A stretch of DNA of 64,000 bases from a virus (lineage: Duplodnaviria; Caudoviricetes), in IMG/VR virus record IMGVR_UViG_3300013121_000007, positions 1 through 64,000 of that record; one strand, 5' to 3'. A program made the position numbers and the translations under genes. This document shows, piece after piece, positions 17,701 through 26,614 of this stretch (position 1 is its first letter; every line of letters starts with the position of its first letter). Under the pieces are notes generated by a model. That model saw only the letters and a program-made list of their open reading frames with translations, had not been told where the DNA came from and ran no database searches.

Positions 17701-19343
17701 TCGTCCCAACGATTACCCCATGCAGTAAGAGTTATGAAATCGCCATGCATCTCCAATGTAGAGGCATCAAAGATTGACAGACTGCTGCTATCAGTTCCTG
17801 TACTCAGTTCTGCTGGGTAGGTTCGCTTCAGCATGTGGGAGTAGACGAAATTCCCACTACCAGTTGAGTCAATAAAGACGAAGCAGCCTCCAAAGAATGT
17901 AACCTGACCTTCATTATTGGTCGGTACTGTGACGTATGGCCACTTTGCAGAAACAACCAGCGTACTGCCGTTTAGTTGCAATCCGTAACCAAACTCAGGT
18001 CCTGTATCTCCCTGACTTACGGCATAAGCAACGGCGGCTGCTTGATGCGGCCACGTCAATGCAGACAAATGATTGATCTGTAGGTCTGCACCAGAGGCTG
18101 AGACTTCATAGATGTCCACCTGTCCGACGTTAGGGACACCATCAATACTCAGCAAATGACGGCTGACGGCAACATAGTTCCCGGAAGCTGTTATTCGGTG
18201 AATACCTGCAAGCGGGATATCTGCGCCGATCTGCTCAAAAGCATCGCCTGTAGGAAGTCCAGTTTCTTGGTAGAACCGGATAGCCTCATTTCCACTGTCT
18301 CCGAAAAACGTGACGGCGTAGCATTTTCCAGTAGCTTCATGCTTACCAATTCCTACAGCGCGTCTGTTGATTGTTGCTGGTGAGACGTCAAGACTCCCGC
18401 GTCTTGTGTACGTACCGTCTGTCTCACGTTGAAAGATCAACGTAGGACCGAGCAACTCTGTGACAGCTACGTACCCATTAGACGTCAGTACAGAAGACCC
18501 AACTTGAAACCACGTTTGTCCGCTTGCCAGAGTCTCGTCCGCATCTTTTCTAAGTGCTGTGACGAACTCCCAGACTCCATCTACCTTCCGATAAACGGAG
18601 ACGCGGCCCTCAAAAGTATCAGAACCATCTTCCGTCCACCGTCGCTCACCAATAAGAAGATCATCTTCGATTGCAGCAACATCGTACCCAAACTGAAAGT
18701 CAACACCACGTTCCGTACTGATAATCTTCTGACCCGCAGTGAACTCACGGTAGTCGTAGTCGATTGACGTTACGTCATAGTCAATGACTGTTGGTTCTGG
18801 TTCCGGCTCTGGTTCAACTGTTGGTTGTGGAGTGTAAGGGGGAACACAAACAATGGTGTCTGATGACCAGTCGTAGGGAAACAAGCCGACCGGGGACACG
18901 GCAATTCTTGACGACTTATACGGAAATGTACTGTTTCTGCGAGTGTTGTAGTCTGCCTCTTCATTTGGCTCTGTCTTGAAAAGCTCTGTGAAGCTGTACG
19001 AGGAGGCAGCCCGGTAGATGTTAGCCCTATCCCAGCCAAACACTGTCCCACTGATCTTATGCCAAGCCACGGACCCCGAAAGCATGAATCGTTCCAAGGA
19101 TTCATACCACCCCTCTGCAACTTGCTGTCCCAGTAGGTAGAACAGCATAGACCTGTATTCACTGCCCGCTTTCAGATAGTCATACAGGTCTTTCATCGCA
19201 ACAGCGAGCGCGATGAACTCGTCAGCCTCTTCCTGCAAAGTAGCATCCGTAATCTTCTTTAGGATTGGATCAATACCGAATCCACCGGACGCTTCTGCGT
19301 CTCGTAGTCTGATAATCAGAGGAAGAAGGTCATACAGCTTCAT
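14790..19343 (-). CDS. Large baseplate wedge/fibre protein: P2-gpI-like N-terminus, FG-GAP-like beta-propeller, C-terminal C-(Q/E)-x-x array
   Basis: ATG at 19343 overlaps upstream TGA. LYDLLPLIIRLRD...WHKISGT; FGYDVA/FGYGLQ/FGNGIA..GTPNDD..NAGAVYTF propeller repeats; RPIHVL; about 100 Cys in the last third (hand count). Confidence 0.75.
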   Translation of the reverse strand: MKLYDLLPLIIRLRDAEASGGFGIDPILKKITDATLQEEADEFIALAVAMKDLYDYLKAGSEYRSMLFYLLGQQVAEGWYESLERFMLSGSVAWHKISGTVFGWDRANIYRAASSYSFTELFKTEPNEEADYNTRRNSTFPYKSSRIAVSPVGLFPYDWSSDTIVCVPPYTPQPTVEPEPEPEPTVIDYDVTSIDYDYREFTAGQKIISTERGVDFQFGYDVAAIEDDLLIGERRWTEDGSDTFEGRVSVYRKVDGVWEFVTALRKDADETLASGQTWFQVGSSVLTSNGYVAVTELLGPTLIFQRETDGTYTRRGSLDVSPATINRRAVGIGKHEATGKCYAVTFFGDSGNEAIRFYQETGLPTGDAFEQIGADIPLAGIHRITASGNYVAVSRHLLSIDGVPNVGQVDIYEVSASGADLQINHLSALTWPHQAAAVAYAVSQGDTGPEFGYGLQLNGSTLVVSAKWPYVTVPTNNEGQVTFFGGCFVFIDSTGSGNFVYSHMLKRTYPAELSTGTDSSSLSIFDASTLEMHGDFITLTAWGNRWDENFENFSSKPDGAITIFRATPYNHEEVQTLTPFGFRGRQYDPKTTAFGNGIASTSDTLFVGTPNDDYDELGGNGVENAGAVYTFNRNAVLVTEPDDRIVVVCEDFAIIPIGGLDTTYAADDTSAVTIDGSLYPQQPVLTPPSSFVGPYDMIGVRFRAYSETVATIRVNHALAQGELNDRTATITDTGAQVYEVWWNAEDFWGELISSINWSQFWVQFQSDQEAHITAAELVVRRVYSVEEYEVAEETTTYRISEAQDTGTFTTEIPSSTVGTVSPNRYSLSNTAIIARSHTSTSESGGSYLALTIINQPFWVFKNVALGDPDSIRNATLYLSPVEEPSYNDTYVPIFMTGMLPPYEVGDVDYFVNVRNYYVYSSTSEESNAMRFDVKPRTFDVTFRLQRLLHSKAISSGDPLVFFGSVRAHSLDFEYHYGKYAASLVITQDVIKPVVNSSESCLQACECLCQAGCEVACQLTDETTCISTCESVCQTELELAVCKGQCQVTTQGLFSLPPHDPTGDPDLQYELEACFEINKCLGNTLRYSEAMRILNAYFRDQRPIHVLPVYCVTIADLPEVASQPVDDLYTRVVGRFQDKASTPGYDTLVIVPSCTQGCMVSCQTFCEVGCETDCQGAGACENSCQLRCEANCQTDCEVVCQAGCVISCQSDACQSYCQGACEGVCQVSCENTCQGSCEIVGCQLSCTSGCQDFCEFDCQIACEFDCQSPTEIGCQTSCQDACQTCCQDSCEGVGCQTTCELDCQASCVSGCETSCETNCQDACQGACQSTCEFNCQADCQGVGCEVGCEGGCQGGCQGSCEVTCEGASCQAACESSGCQGCCECQCQSSGCEESCTSGCTTGCQTACESSCQASGGCETSCEASCEGSSESCSDCCEACCENYTEGSCSDACETECQYACQANCQAGVEPGCETICQDSCTAGGCQAGIEPDCQLTCQDSCVYECQYSYTEGCSGVES
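14793..15887 (-). repeat. Degenerate 12-nt-period coding repeat (Cys-x-x-x)n
   Basis: About 87 Cys, mostly every 4th residue, usually followed by Q or E. Confidence 0.95.
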
Positions 19344-20146
19344 TGTTTTTCTGCCGTCAACTGACAACCTTGAGACTCACACCCTACGATGCACCCACAT
19401 TGAATAAGAATTTCACAACCACCGTCCATCTGACAATGAGTCGTGCATCCAACAGTACAAGAGTCTTCGCAAACCCACTCACTGTTCAACTCTCTTGAAG
19501 AGGCTGGACCTGACTCTAACAAAGCCTCAACCAATCTCGGAAATTGACTGCGCCCTTGAACGTTGTGCTGGCAAGTATACTCGCAGCCGAACTGACAGGC
19601 ACCATCGGATGGCCGCTGTCCTGGCTGCTGCTCAAGCTCGCACTCAAGCTCGCAGTCACATTCACAGATTGTCTGGCAATTCGTCTGACAAACTGTTGCT
19701 CCCTGACAGGCTTCTTGGCAGGCTTGCTCACAACTTGTCTCACATAATCCGGAGCTTTCAGGCTGGTAAAAATCCTGAGTCTCGTCTGATGACTGGCAAG
19801 CATACTGACAGACAAATGTGCAGTCGGATTGACACCCATCTAGCTCGCAGTACATCCTGCAGGCATATCCAGTGTTCTTCTCCGGCTGCAGAATTTGTGC
19901 GACGACTCCTGATTCTGTAATGACCTCTGTAACAACTTGCTGCTGCTTCTCACATCCTAGCTGACATGAAGAAGATTCACACCCTACATTCTCGCAGGAG
20001 GACATGCACCCATTTTGACAACCTTGCTCACAACTTTCAGACTCACACGATAGTTGGCAGCAGTTCTCACAGGCGCTTATGCAGGCTCCAAGCTCGGCTG
20101 CCGCTTGGCAATTCAGTTTGCAGTAAGTCGTCATCTCGCCCGGCAT
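19340..20146 (-). CDS. Stand-alone Cys-x-x-x repeat protein (putative radical SAM target)
   Basis: About 42 Cys in 268 aa, in five CxxxC blocks separated by polar linkers. Confidence 0.8.
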   Translation of the reverse strand: MPGEMTTYCKLNCQAAAELGACISACENCCQLSCESESCEQGCQNGCMSSCENVGCESSSCQLGCEKQQQVVTEVITESGVVAQILQPEKNTGYACRMYCELDGCQSDCTFVCQYACQSSDETQDFYQPESSGLCETSCEQACQEACQGATVCQTNCQTICECDCELECELEQQPGQRPSDGACQFGCEYTCQHNVQGRSQFPRLVEALLESGPASSRELNSEWVCEDSCTVGCTTHCQMDGGCEILIQCGCIVGCESQGCQLTAEKQ

Positions 20147-20148
20147 GA

Positions 20149-21309
20149 CTAAACGACAACCCCTTCAGAAGCTGGAGGCCCTCCATCGCATGGGTCTTGT
20201 GCTGATGACTGGCACGAAAACTGACAAGCGTCAGTGCAAATAACTTCAACGTCGAACTGACAATTGGTTTCACAGTAAGACTGGCAACTCTCTCCGGAGC
20301 TTTGGCAGCCGGATTGGCACTGCTGCTGGCAGGAATACTCGCAGTCTGTCTGACACTCAGATTGGCAGCTTCCTTGACAGAAAGATTGGCAAGCATCCTG
20401 ACAACCTTGCTCGCATGAGGCTTCACAAAAGAATTGACAGGTTGCCTGACAGTTATTTTCACACTGTGCTTGGCAAGTAGATTCACAAGTTGTTTCGCAC
20501 GTAAACTCGCAGAGGACTTCACAACGTTCTTGGCAAGAAAGTTGACAACCTGACTGACACTGCTTCTGTATTACAAGCTCATCCTCCTGCGACGTAACTC
20601 TATCTTCAAACAGCACATACACTGTCGCTGCGATATCATCAGATGAACTTGATACTTGATCCTCAAACTCTGTGCGGTCTACGGGAGGGGGAATCAGTAC
20701 ATTGATAGGGAATACGTTGTTTAGACGTCTGCGAAAATCTTTCGCCTCTCCATAACCAATCTGGTCTACAGCAAATACGCCGATATCAAGGCCATCCGAC
20801 TGTAGAGGTTCTCCTAGTCCGGGTTCATCCCCTGCAATGAACACGACTCTGGCGGCGCGGTAGGCTGTTGAGTAGGGTGCTTCATCTGGTGAAACAACGT
20901 ACTCATCAACAGCGTTCAATTCCCATTTGTACAACTCATGGATGTACGTACCAGCAGCAATTGCCCTAGCTGCTCTTTCCTTCAGGATAGACAGAACAGT
21001 TCCTTTGATCCTATGTCTAGCTGAAAGAGTGGCTACATAGTTTCTTCTATCTGCTGTTATGCTTGAGAATGGAAACTCGGTAGACCCAAGATAATTAGAC
21101 AGAAGAGACAGTATTAGATCAGTTGTACTGCTCGGTGAGATGAGGTCTTGAATTCCCTCAATTAGCGCAACAATGATATCCGTCTCGTCTTGCACAGCAC
21201 CGACGATACGCTTCAAAATCGGATCATCACTCCCTTGACCAGAGGCCTCTGCATCGCGAAGGCGAATGATAAGTGGGAGTAGATCATACAGGCCGATCTT
21301 CACGTTCAA
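20149..21309 (-). CDS. Baseplate wedge protein (P2 gpI-like) with C-terminal Cys-x-x-x array
   Basis: Directly follows baseplate J. LYDLLPLIIRLRD...HRIKGT, FPINVL; 22 consecutive period-4 Cys, 29 in total. Confidence 0.8.
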   Translation of the reverse strand: MNVKIGLYDLLPLIIRLRDAEASGQGSDDPILKRIVGAVQDETDIIVALIEGIQDLISPSSTTDLILSLLSNYLGSTEFPFSSITADRRNYVATLSARHRIKGTVLSILKERAARAIAAGTYIHELYKWELNAVDEYVVSPDEAPYSTAYRAARVVFIAGDEPGLGEPLQSDGLDIGVFAVDQIGYGEAKDFRRRLNNVFPINVLIPPPVDRTEFEDQVSSSSDDIAATVYVLFEDRVTSQEDELVIQKQCQSGCQLSCQERCEVLCEFTCETTCESTCQAQCENNCQATCQFFCEASCEQGCQDACQSFCQGSCQSECQTDCEYSCQQQCQSGCQSSGESCQSYCETNCQFDVEVICTDACQFSCQSSAQDPCDGGPPASEGVVV

Positions 21310-23321
21310 TCCTCAGATTGAATCTCTACATCTACGAAACCATACGTTGCAAACTGGTTGGCGTCCACAGGAACATCGCCTGCGTTGACTGACAGAAGTT
21401 GGACATACATAGCGGCAATGCTTCTGTCCTCCGATGGTGCAGAGGCCAGAGTAAAGTCGAATGTCCCTGTGTTGTAGTCAATAATGTTCACGCCGGTCCC
21501 ATCAATATCATCCCCGATGAGTGCACCTTCACCGTCATCGGAGATTGTCTGATAGCCATCCGTGAATGCGACTGTTCCCGGAACGATTGGAAAGTTTGTA
21601 AGCTGCCCGCGAAACCTAGCGACGACGCCGTTACCATTGGCTAGTTCTGACTCAGACCGTTGATACTCTAGCGGGTAGCGGTAGGAGATTCTTACAGGCT
21701 CAGAGGCTGCGGGAACAGGTGTGGCGAATCCGAAGCTGAGAGTTCCCAGATCATAGTCAACAGCATTGTCGAACAGCGGGTCGACGTCACCGATGAGATT
21801 TCCATTGCCATCATCCGTTACAACGTGGTCTCCAGATACTATTTGAATCGTACCTGCAAGAGGCTGACTGAACGTGGTATGTGTATACATCTGCGTTACG
21901 CCATCACTGGTTCCAACCACTTCACTAGTTTCAGCCGATGCTGTTACACGGCGAATCAGCGCGTAGCTGACCCCGTCAGTGTTCATGATGAGGCTGTAAA
22001 GCCTAGACAACCGCAGGTTTGTTCCAGGCTGATTTGTTGCTGACGTGAAGTACGATTTCAGAGCTTGAGCTACAGAAATCGAGAGTTCAGAATCAGCCAC
22101 AGTACCGTCACCAGTTACAGCAACATCAACGTCAACAATGATGTTTTCTCCGTCTTGCACTTCAACGTCAACAGTGATAATGCGAACAGCGCCGTCACCG
22201 TTGTTGTCGAAGTAGTATTGAATCGCGGCCTTCAGACCAGATGATGGTGCAACAACGTTTCCGTAGCTATCACGCGACCATACGAAGACCTCAACAGTGT
22301 TGAGTTCTGGAATCCTCTGTTTCAGTCTAGCCTTGGCGTATGCAGGAGACCCGTAAACAGGATCATTGAATTGACTCGCCAAGGTGTCAAAATCGCGTTC
22401 AGTGACAGCACGTCCGTTTGTAGCTACAACCCGCGGTGCCCAGAATTTAGCTGAATCAATCGTCTCACGTTCCTCGCCGCCGGACCCACGTTCATTGTTT
22501 GTAAAGTGTACCTGAACGAACTCTTCAGGAGCGCTTCCTTCTCGCAGCCCCTGAATAGTAATATCGCTGATTTCGTTGATAGCGATATTCCCTCGTAGTC
22601 CTCCACCGATTCTGTAGGAGACTGTTATATTTGCGCCTGCCGTTGGTATTGCTCCGGAGGTTCCATCGCCGAAACTGATGTAGGCGTAGTCTTCCGTGTC
22701 AGTCCTAACAGCGTAGTTGTTACTCGACGTCCCAGAGAAAATGAGTGACTCGACTTCTTCCCATTCAAACCCATCGACATTGACAGTGATGGAGTCCTTG
22801 ATGATTGGATTCAAGGCGAGCTTGTACTCTTGCAGAGAAGCTCCCGTTGAAGTGAAGGTATCTTGTTGAGACTGACCCTCCACCATTGTGATTTCAGCTT
22901 CTGTTGATCCAATCGTAATCTTCTGGTCATTCAAGACCTCAAAAGTGACCCCGTTGGCTGTCTCAATCGTTGTTCCTGCCTGGATGACAATGTCTACAAG
23001 CTCAACAGCGGAAAGTGTCGCTGTGACCGCTACCGAAGCACTGGTAGCAGGCCTCAGCTTGTAGCCCACAAGCTGAGTCAAAAGAATGATGGCCTCTCTG
23101 TCTGTAGCTGTCCCCAGAAATTGGTTACGCACCATCTCATCCAGCATGAAGCTGAGATTGTCGAAGACATAGGAGACAAGCTCCAACCATGCCATGCCGA
23201 TGCTTGACTCTGTGAAGTCTCTCCAAGTATCTGGAAACGTAGCGCGGACTCTGTTCACCAGAGCCGCACGAATCGACTCAAAGTCCCGATCTGCATAGTT
23301 GATGTTCGGCGCTGCCATCAT
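21306..23321 (-). CDS. Baseplate wedge subunit (J / T4 gp6-like)
   Basis: INYADRDFESIR..L, WRDFTESSIG, FGDGTSGAIP, YRIGGG.RGNI, GGEERETIDSAK..AP, RAVTERDF. Confidence 0.92.
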   Translation of the reverse strand: MMAAPNINYADRDFESIRAALVNRVRATFPDTWRDFTESSIGMAWLELVSYVFDNLSFMLDEMVRNQFLGTATDREAIILLTQLVGYKLRPATSASVAVTATLSAVELVDIVIQAGTTIETANGVTFEVLNDQKITIGSTEAEITMVEGQSQQDTFTSTGASLQEYKLALNPIIKDSITVNVDGFEWEEVESLIFSGTSSNNYAVRTDTEDYAYISFGDGTSGAIPTAGANITVSYRIGGGLRGNIAINEISDITIQGLREGSAPEEFVQVHFTNNERGSGGEERETIDSAKFWAPRVVATNGRAVTERDFDTLASQFNDPVYGSPAYAKARLKQRIPELNTVEVFVWSRDSYGNVVAPSSGLKAAIQYYFDNNGDGAVRIITVDVEVQDGENIIVDVDVAVTGDGTVADSELSISVAQALKSYFTSATNQPGTNLRLSRLYSLIMNTDGVSYALIRRVTASAETSEVVGTSDGVTQMYTHTTFSQPLAGTIQIVSGDHVVTDDGNGNLIGDVDPLFDNAVDYDLGTLSFGFATPVPAASEPVRISYRYPLEYQRSESELANGNGVVARFRGQLTNFPIVPGTVAFTDGYQTISDDGEGALIGDDIDGTGVNIIDYNTGTFDFTLASAPSEDRSIAAMYVQLLSVNAGDVPVDANQFATYGFVDVEIQSED

Positions 23322-23719
23322 CCAATCCTTGAGACTACTTCACTTGGGATGGAAAACGTGAATCGGTCTTCAGAGTCTGTTGCTGCCAAGTCTCTATAGA
23401 CGACCGATACTCTTTTTGCATTCTCATTTGTTGAGTCGGTCTGTACGGAGACATCGAGCACTTCAACCCTCTTATCCCAGAACGTCACATTCTGGGTAAC
23501 GATACCTCTAAGAATACCGTCAAGCTGCTCGTCACCCGGCTCAAATGCAGCTTCCCGTAAAGGGGACCCAAAACCGGGAAGCATCACCCGTTCCCCGATG
23601 TAGGTCATCAAGATAGTCTGAATGGAAGTGCGCAAGACTTCTCGATCCCCCTTGGGATCAAAGTAGGACGACAAGTCCGTGCCAAAAGGAAAGGCCATGC
23701 CCTTGTAAAGTCCGGCCAT
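23318..23719 (-). CDS. Baseplate protein gp25/GPW-like
   Basis: SIQTILMTYIGERVMLPGFGS, WDKRVEV. Confidence 0.92.
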   Translation of the reverse strand: MAGLYKGMAFPFGTDLSSYFDPKGDREVLRTSIQTILMTYIGERVMLPGFGSPLREAAFEPGDEQLDGILRGIVTQNVTFWDKRVEVLDVSVQTDSTNENAKRVSVVYRDLAATDSEDRFTFSIPSEVVSRIG

Positions 23720-24540
23720 TATCGGTCCTCAAACCCTTTGACGTGTCTTGCTTGCCCGGTCAATTTGCCAGGTTCCGACTTGATTCTAGACCCCATTCCG
23801 ACGTCAGGGTCAAATACAGACAAGTCACAGAAAGTTTCTGGTGATTCAGGGTCTTTCTCCCACTCTTCAGATTCCGAGTTGTACCTCTGATTTGGAATCA
23901 CTTGTACCCGAATCTGTGGTGCTCTGACAGTGATTCGACCTTGGCATCGAACGTCAATGCCGTACTTGCTTCTCAGCGACAACTTCTTCCTCTTCTTGTC
24001 AAGTACGATTGATGTCTCATGCTGAGCATGTTCACCGTCAGACTCAAACTTACCATCCTCGTTGAATGACCCCGATTTCCCCAAGTAGATTTCCAGTCGT
24101 TCACCGGCAACAAACCGGATCATCATACCATCTGGACCACGCCAACATGAAATGTGCGGGAACTTGTCACCTTCAGAGTTCTGAAAGGGGTAAGGCAACC
24201 CACCCTTTTTGGACCAGCCGCCAACCCATCTTGGCGCATTAGGGTCGCCGCGTTCAAAAAGAATACCCACTGTGGCACCCACAGGAGGCATCATAAAAAA
24301 GCCTGACTGACTTTCTACGTCGATGTACCCCGGAAAGAGCGGGTAGGCCCAAGGTAGTCTGTTTCTGGGAATCTTGTCCCCGTACACGTCAGGTATGTCT
24401 ACACGGCACTTCCCGACGCGACGAGACGGCTCTGAGTCGTCCAACTCAACAATCTTCCCAGGCCATATTCCTGGAAATACGGGGCCTTCTTTTGAGTCAA
24501 TCGGCATCAGCGTTCCCACCGTTTTTCCAGAACAACCCAC
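23719..24540 (-). CDS. Baseplate spike (gp5/gpV OB-fold)
   Basis: GKIV..DD...VGKCRVDIP..LPWAYP..GFFMMPPVGATV.ILFERGDPNAPRWVG. Confidence 0.85.
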   Translation of the reverse strand: MGCSGKTVGTLMPIDSKEGPVFPGIWPGKIVELDDSEPSRRVGKCRVDIPDVYGDKIPRNRLPWAYPLFPGYIDVESQSGFFMMPPVGATVGILFERGDPNAPRWVGGWSKKGGLPYPFQNSEGDKFPHISCWRGPDGMMIRFVAGERLEIYLGKSGSFNEDGKFESDGEHAQHETSIVLDKKRKKLSLRSKYGIDVRCQGRITVRAPQIRVQVIPNQRYNSESEEWEKDPESPETFCDLSVFDPDVGMGSRIKSEPGKLTGQARHVKGFEDR

Positions 24541-25625
24541 GTTTTCACGTCGCCTCGCGAGTACGTGTGCTTGACCGTATGAATGAGCCAGTTACCCGTA
24601 TTCTGATCCGGCAATCCAAAAGGCCCTGACAGGTCAACAACCGCAGGACGACCAATGGAGATTCCAGGTTCGTAGTCTAGTTCACACGAGATTCTGTAGA
24701 GGCTTCGAGCATAACGACTCCAAATCGTGCGTCCAACTTGCTGAACTAGCTTATCGGGTCTCAGATTAGTCTGCCGCTCTTTCAACATGTTGATGTTGAA
24801 CGTCTGAGACACAAAGTTTCTGTTGACTGGCCTACCGCTTCCCAAGTAGTTGAAGTTGCCAGAGTTTTCGTCCACCTCTCTTCTCACAAGACGGTCCGTG
24901 TCCGTGTCATACATCACGACCTCGATCCTTCCTGTATTCAGGTGTGTATCGAACCTCGTGTCTTTGATGACCTCTGGCGATTTCATCTTCAACCAGCCAG
25001 AGCGAAACAAGTTTGTGAATCGGTACGGTTCCCCTTTTGGGTTAGTAGGCGAAAAGTGGACTGTCTTCCCGTCCTCTACCCAAAACCTCCAGTCAGCGCC
25101 TTGCTGCGAATAGGCAAGAGGGAGGAGTGATTTACTAATGTACTTCCCAGTGGGCTGATTACACCCCATCAAGGTGAACTGACCTTCTGTACTCTCGACC
25201 TTTGGTGAGAGACCGCGAAACTCAGAAAGAAGCTCAGATACGACATCACTGATCTTTGCATCTTTCCAGTGCTTGTCCTTTGCACGGTGTTTCTGGATGG
25301 CCACTCCAGAGCAAGCCCCCTTCAAGTTGAAGATGATATGTCCGTTACCAATCAGCCTCTTCTTCGCTAGTAGCAAACGGCCACTCTTCAAGGGGGAATA
25401 GCTAGGTCCATCCGTGTTCATTCCAGTTCCGAATCGGAACGTAAAGTCAGACTCATCATCTTTGATGAAGTTGCTGTATTTGCTGTTGTCTTGCGTATCG
25501 AAGCTGAATGCCCAACGAGCGCAGCCTTCTAACGACTCTTCAAAATTGAATCCGATGAGTTCATCACCGACCAAGTTTGAAAAGCCGGGCGCATTGATCT
25601 GCAGTGTAAACTTTTCTCCGCTCAT
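24507..25625 (-). CDS. Baseplate hub (gp27/late control D-like)
   Basis: Position; WKDAKISDVVSEL; PGISIG..V.L.G....TGNWLIHTVKHTY. Confidence 0.75.
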   Translation of the reverse strand: MSGEKFTLQINAPGFSNLVGDELIGFNFEESLEGCARWAFSFDTQDNSKYSNFIKDDESDFTFRFGTGMNTDGPSYSPLKSGRLLLAKKRLIGNGHIIFNLKGACSGVAIQKHRAKDKHWKDAKISDVVSELLSEFRGLSPKVESTEGQFTLMGCNQPTGKYISKSLLPLAYSQQGADWRFWVEDGKTVHFSPTNPKGEPYRFTNLFRSGWLKMKSPEVIKDTRFDTHLNTGRIEVVMYDTDTDRLVRREVDENSGNFNYLGSGRPVNRNFVSQTFNINMLKERQTNLRPDKLVQQVGRTIWSRYARSLYRISCELDYEPGISIGRPAVVDLSGPFGLPDQNTGNWLIHTVKHTYSRGDVKTWVVLEKRWER

Positions 25626-26035
25626 GCTTCAAACAATGCACGGTTGCCTGTCTCCATCGCTTCATAGATAGCTTCACGACGTGGAATAATCAGAGTCATC
25701 CCGACTTCCATGTCACTCAACGGATTGATGATCCTGTTGACGTGCGCAATGGCCCACCAAAGTCTTGGGTCTCCGTAGTAACTCGACGCAATGTTGTCGA
25801 GTCTTCCCAAGTCCTCTGCACGGACAACATGGTACTGTGGGTTGGACAGCTTTATCTTTGGTGCATTCCAAATGCCGAAGCGAACTTGCCTCTTATTGAC
25901 ACTCGGATGAAGTCTTGTCAGGGAGTAACGACTAAAGTTGCTTCCTGCCTTAGTGCGCAACCTTTCTAGCTCTGCATCCAAGTTTTGACGAAGGCCATCA
26001 GCGATTGTGGGCACTTTAGCCATCTCTGTCTCCAT
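25622..26035 (-). CDS. LysM/tail X (gp53-like) baseplate protein
   Basis: RLDNIASSYYGDPRLWWAIAHVNRI.NP....G.TLIIP. Confidence 0.88.
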   Translation of the reverse strand: METEMAKVPTIADGLRQNLDAELERLRTKAGSNFSRYSLTRLHPSVNKRQVRFGIWNAPKIKLSNPQYHVVRAEDLGRLDNIASSYYGDPRLWWAIAHVNRIINPLSDMEVGMTLIIPRREAIYEAMETGNRALFEA

Positions 26036-26613
26036 TAGCCGTTGAATGCAAAACTGCTAGCAGTTGCTTTCTGGAGGTCCTCAAACTCAGCTTTCTTGTA
26101 GACACCGCCAGAACCTTGTTGTGACCCGCCTCCGAAATGCCGTAGAAATTCCATCTCAACAGTCATAAGCGTGGGGTATCCCTCTTTGTCAAAGGCACCC
26201 TGCGATACAAGACCAACCTTTTGGAATAGCCCAGTAGCTCTCCAGAAGTTGGCATAGGAGACTGTAACCAGAGGTGGGCCTACAAAGGTTTTCCCTGATG
26301 TACGCGGAAGCGATAATCGAAACAGAGTCTGTGCTACGTTGACAATATCACGGCCAGAATAAACCTCTTTTCCGTTGACAAGTACACCTGAGAAAAGCTG
26401 AACAGTCCACCGTGTGTTGTCAAACTGACCCTTATCGAAGTTTACATTGGGTGGATGAGGGGATTGTCCCGGACGGCCAGACCCTTCTGCTGTTTTATCT
26501 TTCGCGTCAATAGAGACTGAGTACCCCTCAGAAAAACTACTGGCCATTTCTCCGGCAGCGATAAACGATAGCGGGAGACCCGGCGCACTTCCGGTGATTT
26601 GGATGTAGGACAT
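26035..26613 (-). CDS. Tail tube initiator-like protein
   Basis: Between tape measure and LysM gene; GPPLVTVSY..F, FDKEGYP..MTVEMEF. Confidence 0.6.
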   Translation of the reverse strand: MSYIQITGSAPGLPLSFIAAGEMASSFSEGYSVSIDAKDKTAEGSGRPGQSPHPPNVNFDKGQFDNTRWTVQLFSGVLVNGKEVYSGRDIVNVAQTLFRLSLPRTSGKTFVGPPLVTVSYANFWRATGLFQKVGLVSQGAFDKEGYPTLMTVEMEFLRHFGGGSQQGSGGVYKKAEFEDLQKATASSFAFNG

Positions 26614-26614
26614 T

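Noticed and set aside
14793-20570. Repetitive DNA as a CRISPR array or DGR template/variable repeat pair
   Set aside because: Repeats are degenerate codon-level Cys periodicity inside ORFs; there are no identical repeats with spacers, no adenine-specific paired copies, and no reverse transcriptase in the window.
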